Of a stretch of DNA of 64,000 nucleotides, positions 56,655 to 64,000 are shown in pieces. The translations under genes were made by a program, and so were the position numbers. The stretch is from positions 22,230 through 86,229 of the forward strand of contig CAJTLN010000002.1 of the NCBI GenBank assembly GCA_910577505.1, in the 5' to 3' direction. Below the pieces are notes generated by a model. That model had not been told where the DNA came from. It was given only the letters and a program-made list of their open reading frames with translations, and made no database searches. The DNA is from an uncultured Bacilli bacterium (GTDB lineage: Bacteria > Bacillota_I > Bacilli_A > RF39 > UBA660). Position 1 is the first letter of the stretch. Each line of letters opens with the position of its first letter.

Positions 56655-57314
56655 ATGGAAAATTTAGTTACTTTAAATAGTGGATTAGCAAATTCTGAGG
56701 ATTTATATTTACTTGTTGGAGATATTCCTACTGATAGAATGTTTATAATAGAAAATGTTGGTGAATCTAATATATCACTTTTAGATAAGGATAAAGATAT
56801 AAAAGCAAGGCTTTACTTCAAATCAAAAAATAATGATGGAAGTTTTACGATGAATAGTATTGATGAAAATCCATATCAAGAACATTATTATTTTAGTTAT
56901 TCTAATGGTGAAACAGAAAGAGAAAATAATGCTTTTATTGGTATAAGAGAATTCTTAGCTAGAGGAATTTTTGTTTGTCGTCAATTTGAACCCACTGTAG
57001 AATATTATATTGATACTTTATATCAAGGAAATGCTGTTAGTTTGGCAGAACTTGATATAATTGAAAGTTATCATGTACCAAAATTGTTAATATGTATTTT
57101 AGGAAATAAAGCTTTAGTAAAGACAAAATTTTCATTAACTAGTGGTTTAGAATTTATTGATTTTAAGGATACTCCTTTAGTTAATGAAAAATATTATAAA
57201 TTTGTTGGGGAAAAAGAAGAGTTGCCTTATACATATGATGAAATTGTAGAAGGTATTAAGGATGATATTACGCAAACTATAAAAGCTAATTTTTGTGGGG
57301 CATCATATAAATAA
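56655..57314 (+). CDS. Hypothetical protein (219 aa)
   Basis: GGGGGAAG SD; soluble, with no recognisable motif. Confidence 0.7.
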   Translation: MENLVTLNSGLANSEDLYLLVGDIPTDRMFIIENVGESNISLLDKDKDIKARLYFKSKNNDGSFTMNSIDENPYQEHYYFSYSNGETERENNAFIGIREFLARGIFVCRQFEPTVEYYIDTLYQGNAVSLAELDIIESYHVPKLLICILGNKALVKTKFSLTSGLEFIDFKDTPLVNEKYYKFVGEKEELPYTYDEIVEGIKDDITQTIKANFCGASYK

Positions 57315-57431
57315 TTTGATAGAAGAGCAAAAAAATTTTTTGTTCTTTTTTTATTTATAAATACTATTTTTTAGTTGATAAATAGAGATAAAGTTTGTAT
57401 TTTCTGTTATAATATTTAACAGGTGATAAAT

Positions 57432-59996
57432 ATGAAAAAAGTAATTCTGGTAGATGGTAATAATTTAATGTTTAGAAGTTATTACGCAACAGCTTATACT
57501 GGTAATGTGATGAAGAATAGTAATGGATTCCCTACTAATGCATTATATGGTTTTGTTGGAATGATGAATAAGATAATAGCAGAAGAAAAACCTGAGTATG
57601 TAATGGTGGCTTTTGATATAGGGAAGAATTTTAGAAAGCAAAAATATGAAACATATAAGGATGGCCGAGCAGCGACACCTGATGAATTAAAAGCACAGAT
57701 GCCAATAGCAAGAGAAATATTGCAGGCTATGGGAATAAAGTATTTTGAACTTGAGCCATATGAAGCAGATGATATTATTGGAACATTTGCTAAAGCTTGT
57801 GAATTAGATCCTGAATATGATGCGACTATTATTAGTTCAGATAAAGACTTATTACAACTTATTAGTGATGTTGTTGATGTTAAATTATTAAAACAAAAAG
57901 ATTATATTAGATACAATCCAGAAACATTTAGAGAAGATTGGGGATTTGAACCAATTAGAATGATAGATTATAAAGCACTAGCGGGAGATTCTTCAGATAA
58001 TATACCTGGTGTTAAAGGTATTGGAGATAAGACAGCAATTAATCTTTTAAAAACTTATGATACTATAGAAGATATATATGAACATATAGATGAAATAAAA
58101 GGCAAAATGCAGGAGAAGTTAATTGCTGATAAAGAAAGCGCATTTATTAGTAAAGAAATTGCAACAATTTATAGAGATGTTCCAATTGATACAACCTTAG
58201 AAAATGTAAAATATAGTGGACCAGATTTAATGACTTTAAATAAAATATATGAAGATTTAGAATTTTATTCATTTATAAAGAAGAATGAAAATTTAAATAA
58301 ACCTGTAGAAAATGATACGAAATATAAAAATGTTAGTAGTGTTAAAGATTTAGATAATTTAGAAGATAAGATAAGTTTATATATTGAGTGTGATGCAGAA
58401 AATTATCATGATGGTAATATAGTTGGTTTGGCAGTATGTGATAGTAAGAATAACTATTTTATTACTAATACGATGTTAGAAGAAATTATACCAGTATTAG
58501 AAAATAAAGAAATTTATACTTTTGATCAGAAGAAGAATTATTGTTTATTAAAACGTGAAGGATTTATGTTAGAAGCTAAGTATGATGCAATGATAGCTGC
58601 TTATTTGCTTAATATGAATATTAAAGATGATATTGCTTATTTAATGAATAATAGTGGTTGTGAAATAACTTTTTATTCACAAAGTTTAAAGAATGGATTT
58701 GATAAAAAAGATATTGTTTTAAAAGCAAGATTTATTTATGATAAAAAAGATGAATATTTAGAATTATTAAAAAAAGAAGAAATGTTAGAATTATTTAATA
58801 CGATAGAGATGCCTTTAGTTACAGTATTAGCTAATATGGAATATGATGGTGTTAGAGTAGATGCTAATATACTTAAAGATATGGAAACAGAAATGAGTGA
58901 AAGGCTTTCTGTTATAGAAAAAGAAATATATGAATTAGCTGGAGAAGAATTTAATATAAGTAGTCCTAAACAATTAGGGGTTATATTATTTGAAAAGTTA
59001 GAATTACCTTTTGCTAAAAAGACAAAGACTGGATATAAAACAGATGTTAGTATTTTAAATAAATTGGAAGACAAGCATCCTATTATAAGTAAGATATTAG
59101 AGTATAGAGGTCTTAGTAAGATAAAAAGTACTTACTTAGAAGGATTAGCTAATTATATTAGAGAAGATGGCAAGATTCATACTATTTATAAACAGAATTT
59201 AACGAGAACGGGAAGATTATCATCTGTAGAACCTAACTTACAAAACATACCTGCAAGAGATGAAGAAGGAAGAAAGATAAGAAAAGCTTTCTTACCAGTT
59301 AATGATTTATTTTTGAGTGCTGATTATTCTCAAATGGAACTAAGAGTACTAGCTCATGTTAGTGGTTCTAAAGAATTGCAAGAGGCATTCATTAATGATG
59401 AAGATATACATACAAGAGTTGCTAGTGATATATATAATGTTCCAATGGATGAAGTAACTAAGTTACAACGTAAAACTGCCAAGGCAGTAATATTTGGAAT
59501 AGTTTATGGTATTAGTGGATTTGGATTAGGAGAAAACCTAGAAATAAGTGCTAAGGAAGCGAGAGAATTCATAAATAAATATTATGAATTATATCCAGGC
59601 GTAAAAAATTATATGGATAATATAGTTATGGAAGCTTATAGAGATGGATATGTAAGAACATTGTTTAATAGAAAAAGAGTAATTGAAGAATTACAAAATA
59701 AAAATTTTATGGTTAGACAAAGTGGAGAGAGAATAGCTCTTAATACGCCTATTCAAGGAACGTCTGCTGATATAATGAAGATAGCGATGGTTAAGATATT
59801 TAATGAAATGAAAGAAAAAAATATCAAAAGTAAAATGTTAATGCAAGTTCATGATGAATTAATATTTGATGTAATAAACGAAGAAAAAGAAGAGTTAGAA
59901 GAAATAGTAAGAAGAAATATGGAAACTTGTGTTAAACTTTCTGTTCCATTTAAAGTAAGCCATGATTATGGAACAGATTGGTATGAAGCTAAATAA
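57432..59996 (+). CDS. polA: DNA polymerase I
   Basis: 5' nuclease (LVDGNNLMFRSYYA), DYSQMELRVLAH, and QVHDELIFD. ATG 57432 follows AGGTGA. Confidence 0.97.
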   Translation: MKKVILVDGNNLMFRSYYATAYTGNVMKNSNGFPTNALYGFVGMMNKIIAEEKPEYVMVAFDIGKNFRKQKYETYKDGRAATPDELKAQMPIAREILQAMGIKYFELEPYEADDIIGTFAKACELDPEYDATIISSDKDLLQLISDVVDVKLLKQKDYIRYNPETFREDWGFEPIRMIDYKALAGDSSDNIPGVKGIGDKTAINLLKTYDTIEDIYEHIDEIKGKMQEKLIADKESAFISKEIATIYRDVPIDTTLENVKYSGPDLMTLNKIYEDLEFYSFIKKNENLNKPVENDTKYKNVSSVKDLDNLEDKISLYIECDAENYHDGNIVGLAVCDSKNNYFITNTMLEEIIPVLENKEIYTFDQKKNYCLLKREGFMLEAKYDAMIAAYLLNMNIKDDIAYLMNNSGCEITFYSQSLKNGFDKKDIVLKARFIYDKKDEYLELLKKEEMLELFNTIEMPLVTVLANMEYDGVRVDANILKDMETEMSERLSVIEKEIYELAGEEFNISSPKQLGVILFEKLELPFAKKTKTGYKTDVSILNKLEDKHPIISKILEYRGLSKIKSTYLEGLANYIREDGKIHTIYKQNLTRTGRLSSVEPNLQNIPARDEEGRKIRKAFLPVNDLFLSADYSQMELRVLAHVSGSKELQEAFINDEDIHTRVASDIYNVPMDEVTKLQRKTAKAVIFGIVYGISGFGLGENLEISAKEAREFINKYYELYPGVKNYMDNIVMEAYRDGYVRTLFNRKRVIEELQNKNFMVRQSGERIALNTPIQGTSADIMKIAMVKIFNEMKEKNIKSKMLMQVHDELIFDVINEEKEELEEIVRRNMETCVKLSVPFKVSHDYGTDWYEAK

Positions 59997-60011
59997 TTAG
60001 GAGGGTTTTAA

Positions 60012-60923
60012 ATGAAAGAAGTAAGAACATTTTTAATAGCTGATTTAATTGTTTTAATAATAAAAGTCCTAGGAGGAATACTAACTCACTCTTATACAAT
60101 GATAGCTAGTGGTATTTATGATATTGCTTTAATATTAATTACATTAGTAACAGTTAAATTAGGTGAAAATAAAAAATATAAAGGGATTATCAGTTCTGTA
60201 CTTGGTATTTTAATAGTAGTTTTAGGAATAGGAATAATCTTTGTTAGTTTTATAAATAAAATAAATAGAGTATCTTTCTTTATAATATTATTTATTTTAA
60301 TATCTATTATAGTTAAATATATGATTAGTTGTTTTTATACTAATATTAGTTATCAAAAAAAGAAAGGTTTACTAACTTATGGACAAATTAATAGTACTTT
60401 AGATTTTGTTCTATATGGAATTATTTTAGGAGTTTTAGTAATAAGTAAAATTAGTAAATGGGTAAATATACTTAAATATGTAGATAGAATTGGTACTATA
60501 TTAGTTGCTGGCTTAGTTATATATAAAGGAATAATAATTATTATTAATAGTATCAAATATCTTGAAGATAAAGAGTTTGTAGTTAGTGATAATGTAAAAG
60601 AAGAAATTACTAAACGTGATGAAATTAAAAAGTTAGAAAAGCTTGAAATAAATAATTTTGGAGGAATACGAAAAGCACAATGTAATATTGTTTTAAAAGA
60701 TGGTATAAGTATGATAGATGTAAATACATTTGTTGTAACATTACAAGATTATTTACTTAAAATAGCTGATGTAGTAAAAATTAATCTAGTAGAGAAAAAA
60801 GTTACAACTAAGAAAAAAGAAAAGGTAAGGAGTTTGAAGCAAGATGCCAGAAATAGCAGAAGTGGAAACAGTAAGACAAACACTAAAAAGAAAAATACTA
60901 AACAAAAAAATAAAAAACGTTAA
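60012..60923 (+). CDS. Cation-diffusion-facilitator-like membrane protein with degenerate metal-site residues and a K-rich tail that overlaps mutM
   Basis: Six hydrophobic segments plus a C-terminal alpha/beta domain in the CDF arrangement. The canonical TM2 (H/D)xxxD site reads ASGIYDIA. The last 80 nt are read in an alternative frame of mutM. Confidence 0.5.
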   Translation: MKEVRTFLIADLIVLIIKVLGGILTHSYTMIASGIYDIALILITLVTVKLGENKKYKGIISSVLGILIVVLGIGIIFVSFINKINRVSFFIILFILISIIVKYMISCFYTNISYQKKKGLLTYGQINSTLDFVLYGIILGVLVISKISKWVNILKYVDRIGTILVAGLVIYKGIIIIINSIKYLEDKEFVVSDNVKEEITKRDEIKKLEKLEINNFGGIRKAQCNIVLKDGISMIDVNTFVVTLQDYLLKIADVVKINLVEKKVTTKKKEKVRSLKQDARNSRSGNSKTNTKKKNTKQKNKKR

Positions 60924-61662
60924 TGTTTTATATGATAGAATTATTGAGTCTGATTTAGATGAATTTAAGAAAAATTTAGTTGGTTTAGAATTTAGTGATA
61001 TCTTAAGAAAAGGTAAATGGTTGATATTTGAAATAGGGGATTATTACTTATGTAGTCATTTAAGAATGGAAGGTAAGTATTTTATTAAAACAAATAGTGA
61101 ACCAATTGAGAAACATGAACACATTATATTTGAATTCGAAGATGGTACTGATTTAAGATATCATGATACAAGAAAATTTGGACGTATGAATCTAGTATTA
61201 AAAGATAAACTTGATACAGTTCCTGGTGTTAGGAAACAAGGAATTGAACCAATAGATTCTAAGTTATCTAAAGAATATTTATATGAAAATTTTAAAAAGA
61301 GTAGGTTACCTATGAAGACTTTATTACTTGATCAAACTATTATATCTGGTTTAGGGAATATATATGCAGATGAAGTATTGTTTGCTTCAGGAATAGATCC
61401 GCTAAAATTAGGTACAGATATAACACTTGATGAATGTGATAAAATAGTTAAGGCTTCTAATGAAATTATTACGGAAGCAATAAAGTGTGGTGGAACTACT
61501 ATTAGAAGTTATACATCTAGTTTAGGTGTTACTGGTAGATTTCAACAGAACTTAAAAGTTCATAAAAGAGAAAATGAAGAATGCAAAGTTTGTGGAACTA
61601 TAATAAAGAGAATAGTAGTAGGTGGTAGAAGTACTTATTACTGTGAGAAATGTCAAAAATAA
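60844..61662 (+). CDS. mutM: Formamidopyrimidine-DNA glycosylase
   Basis: N-terminal MPEIAEVETV (catalytic Pro2/Glu3), H2TH region, and zinc finger CKVCG...YYCEKC. Confidence 0.95.
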   Translation: MPEIAEVETVRQTLKRKILNKKIKNVNVLYDRIIESDLDEFKKNLVGLEFSDILRKGKWLIFEIGDYYLCSHLRMEGKYFIKTNSEPIEKHEHIIFEFEDGTDLRYHDTRKFGRMNLVLKDKLDTVPGVRKQGIEPIDSKLSKEYLYENFKKSRLPMKTLLLDQTIISGLGNIYADEVLFASGIDPLKLGTDITLDECDKIVKASNEIITEAIKCGGTTIRSYTSSLGVTGRFQQNLKVHKRENEECKVCGTIIKRIVVGGRSTYYCEKCQK

Positions 61663-61666
61663 AGAG

Positions 61667-61701
61667 AACTTTTGCAAATCGTTTGTAAAAGTTTTTTTTT
61701 G
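61667..61701 (+). terminator. Rho-independent terminator after mutM
   Basis: 12-bp stem AACTTTTGCAAA/TTTGTAAAAGTT (one G-U pair), then T9. Confidence 0.8.
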
Positions 61702-61750
61702 GAAAAATTCGACATATAGTAGTGATAATTTTTTATAGAGGTAGATAAAG

Positions 61751-62176
61751 ATGAAAAAAAAGATTTTTGTAGGAATATTGATAGCGGGATTTTTACTTTT
61801 TTTAGGAAATATTTCTTATGGATATCGTGATAAATTTGATAAAGATGTAAAAAATACTTCTTATACAAAAGAAGATTTATATCAAATAGTATCAAATAAA
61901 AGAGTTGATTATAAAAATCAAGAAGTGGTTTATATTTTATGTAACTGGTATAAATATTTTGATAAAGAAGAATTGTTTATGACTCAGGAGGAAGAATATG
62001 TTGATTATGTAACTTATGAAATATATAGAGTTCATTTAGAAAATATGTATGATAATGAAAAGAAAAAGATATTGAAGAAATTATTAAGATATGGCAATTT
62101 CCCTAGACAAGAAGATAGTGAAAAATATGATAAATATATTATTGAATATAAAAAGACAACAGGTAAAGATATTTAA
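61751..62176 (+). CDS. Small secreted protein, paralog A (141 aa)
   Basis: Signal peptide IFVGILIAGFLLFLGNISYG. About two-thirds identical by eye to the product of 62713-63138, with identical blocks DYVTYEIYRVHLENMY and YKKTTGKDI. Confidence 0.75.
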   Translation: MKKKIFVGILIAGFLLFLGNISYGYRDKFDKDVKNTSYTKEDLYQIVSNKRVDYKNQEVVYILCNWYKYFDKEELFMTQEEEYVDYVTYEIYRVHLENMYDNEKKKILKKLLRYGNFPRQEDSEKYDKYIIEYKKTTGKDI

Positions 62177-62242
62177 AATAGGCAAAATTTGATAAATTGG
62201 GAGTGAAATGCTAGAATAGAAACTACTAAAGGGGGATTGTGT

Positions 62243-62617
62243 ATGAGAAATGCAATTAATATATCTACAGTGCCTTATACAGTTGTAGGACAAGATGGTC
62301 AAAGTAAAGTATTAAATGAACGTTTTATGACAAAGAGCGAATTAGAAGATTGGATATGTCGAGTAGTTGCTTCAGGTAATGTTTTGTATGCTAGTAGAAT
62401 AAAACTTGTACATAAATTAAAAGTAAAAAGTATTAGTGAATATATGATGTCTATATTAGGAGGTACTCATCCTTCTAGCGATTATATGAAGCAAACGTTA
62501 AAACAAGCAATTGAAGATTTAGGAATAAATGTAAAAGATTTGATGACAATTACACCAGAACAAATTGTGGAAGCTAAGAATGCTTTTCCAAATAATGCTG
62601 GTAAGGGAAAAAGATAG
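62243..62617 (+). CDS. Hypothetical protein (124 aa)
   Basis: AGGGGGA SD before ATG 62243; soluble, with no recognisable motif. Confidence 0.65.
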   Translation: MRNAINISTVPYTVVGQDGQSKVLNERFMTKSELEDWICRVVASGNVLYASRIKLVHKLKVKSISEYMMSILGGTHPSSDYMKQTLKQAIEDLGINVKDLMTITPEQIVEAKNAFPNNAGKGKR

Positions 62618-62634
62618 TAATATTTTATATTTTT

Positions 62635-62660
62635 AAAAGTTCAATAATGAACTTTTTTCT
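62635..62660 (+). terminator. Rho-independent terminator
   Basis: Stem AAAAGTTCA/TGAACTTTT, loop ATAA, then a T-run. Confidence 0.75.
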
Positions 62661-62712
62661 TTTCTACAAAATACGACATATCGATATGATTTATTAATAT
62701 TAAGGTGATTAA

Positions 62713-63138
62713 ATGAAAAAAATTATTATTTTGAGTGTTTTGACGATTATATTAATTACATTAATAGGTAATGTTTCTTATGGGCTTAAAGGAAAAAAAG
62801 CATATGAAGTAGAAAATTTAACATATGATAAAGAAGAAATATATAAAATTATTTTAGAAAAAAATATTGATTATAAAAATCAAGAATTAGTATATGTTTT
62901 GTGTGATTGGTTTACTTATTTTGGTAGAGAAGATATGTTTTTAACACAAGATGGTGAATTTATTGATTATGTAACTTATGAAATATATAGAGTACATTTA
63001 GAAAATATGTATAAAAGTGATAAAAGAAAAATATTAAAGAGATTATTAAAGTATAATAATTATCCTAAGGAAGAAAATAGTGAGAAATATGAGGAATATA
63101 TAAATGAATATAAGAAGACAACTGGTAAGGATATTTAG
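62713..63138 (+). CDS. Small secreted protein, paralog B (141 aa)
   Basis: Signal peptide IIILSVLTIILITLIGNVSYG; paralog of 61751-62176. Confidence 0.75.
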   Translation: MKKIIILSVLTIILITLIGNVSYGLKGKKAYEVENLTYDKEEIYKIILEKNIDYKNQELVYVLCDWFTYFGREDMFLTQDGEFIDYVTYEIYRVHLENMYKSDKRKILKRLLKYNNYPKEENSEKYEEYINEYKKTTGKDI

Positions 63139-63189
63139 TGTTAGTTTGTTAGGTTTAAATATTATGATATAATATGAATTGGTGATTTA

Positions 63190-63792
63190 ATGAAAAAGGT
63201 TATATTTATTATAATAGTTTTATTTTCTTTTTATGATATTTGTTTTGCGAAAGACCCTGCTAATTTGGTTTACTTAACAAATAGATGTAGTGTTGTTACC
63301 AGTAAAGAAACTACAATTCATTTAGATGTTATTAATGTTAATGATGGAATGTTGGCAAAGTTAACAGATAAATTTACATTAGGAAGAATTTCTAATACTG
63401 ATGAAATGACCTTATCTATTAGTGGTATGGATAGTAATTATATTAAACAAGTTTTTATTGATACTTTAAAAGACGAAAATAATAGAAGTAATTTAAATAT
63501 ATATTATGATAAAGATATAATTTTAGATAAGTGGACTAAATTATTATCATTAAATATTAATATAAAGTTTGATAGTGAAATGCCTAGTACTTTTTATGTA
63601 TTAGGAAGTGAAGTCTTTCTAAGTGAAGATGAGTCTATTTGTGAAAGTATTAATGGTTATAAAACAGAAGTTATAAAAAGCAGTGCTCAAATAAATAAAA
63701 ATATGAAAATCAATTATATTGGGTATGTATTATTAATTCTTGTGTGTTTATTTGAGTTATTATTTATTATTAAGAAAAAAAAGAATAGTTAG
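63190..63792 (+). CDS. Hypothetical protein with signal peptide and C-terminal TM anchor (200 aa)
   Basis: N-terminal VIFIIIVLFSFYDICFA, and C-terminal YIGYVLLILVCLFELLFII followed by KKKKNS. Confidence 0.7.
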   Translation: MKKVIFIIIVLFSFYDICFAKDPANLVYLTNRCSVVTSKETTIHLDVINVNDGMLAKLTDKFTLGRISNTDEMTLSISGMDSNYIKQVFIDTLKDENNRSNLNIYYDKDIILDKWTKLLSLNINIKFDSEMPSTFYVLGSEVFLSEDESICESINGYKTEVIKSSAQINKNMKINYIGYVLLILVCLFELLFIIKKKKNS

Positions 63793-63836
63793 TAAACTAT
63801 TTTTTTATGTTATAATTTTTTTGGGAGAGTGATAAA

Positions 63837-64000
63837 ATGCCTTACATTCATACAAGAACAAATACAGAAATAAATAAGGATAAAGAAATAAGAATAAAAG
63901 AAAGACTTGGAGAGGCAATTCGATTATTAGGTAAAAGTGAAGATTGGCTGATGCTAGACTTTAGTGAAAATTGTCATATGTATTATGCTGGTGATGATAA
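63837..64000 (+). CDS. N-terminal fragment of a MIF/tautomerase-superfamily protein; continues beyond the window
   Basis: Starts MPYIHTRTNTEI (Pro-1 tautomerase hallmark), then GKSEDWLM. GGGAGAG SD upstream. Confidence 0.5.
   Translation, partial: MPYIHTRTNTEINKDKEIRIKERLGEAIRLLGKSEDWLMLDFSENCHMYYAGDD

Noticed and set aside
1-64000. Search for mobile elements, prophage, defence islands (restriction-modification, CRISPR-Cas, toxin-antitoxin, retron, Abi-type), tRNA or rRNA genes.
   Set aside because: I recognised no recombinase, transposase, reverse transcriptase, nuclease-helicase pair, Cas-like protein, cloverleaf-capable intergenic segment or long inverted terminal repeats. The intergenic regions are short and are accounted for by promoters and terminators.

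Overview
AT-rich chromosomal segment of a spore-forming low-GC Firmicute (Bacillota). The gene order is Bacillus-like, so it may be Erysipelotrichia or a Bacilli relative, but the species cannot be named from the sequence. Almost all of it is core housekeeping. In order: infC-rpmI-rplT with an L20-type leader; ftsA-ftsZ; spoIIGA-sigE; rlmN-prpC-prkC-rsgA-rpe; cca-dnaD-nth; recU-ponA on the minus strand facing gpsB and RNase P RNA; rodZ-pgsA-recA; rny; rnj; ftsY-ylxM, then ffh after two inserted genes; rpoZ; rpmB; dnaE directly followed by polC; polA and mutM. I saw no transposase, integrase, CRISPR array, tRNA, rRNA or recognisable defence system. I therefore do not claim a new multi-gene system. 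The features most worth follow-up are listed here. (1) A 1,938-aa PolC carries about 500 extra residues as internal insertions, and dnaE sits 12 nt upstream of it. (2) Ribosomal protein L20 is fused to a C-terminal Rho_N/SAP-like helix-extended-helix module. (3) A 3.1-kb two-gene cassette (a zinc-ribbon clostripain-like protease and a zinc-ribbon Q/P-repeat protein) lies between ftsZ and spoIIGA, bounded by a perfect 27-bp direct repeat of a terminator hairpin. (4) An orphan 890-aa protein and two small ORFs lie between recA and rny. (5) The conserved ylxM-ffh pair is split by a Tmk-like kinase gene and an unknown gene. (6) A Big_2 surface-protein gene is broken at a homopolymer. (7) A tandem pair of paralogous small secreted-protein genes shares an upstream motif. 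Start codons were re-evaluated against Shine-Dalgarno sequences, and several differ from the longest-ORF track.
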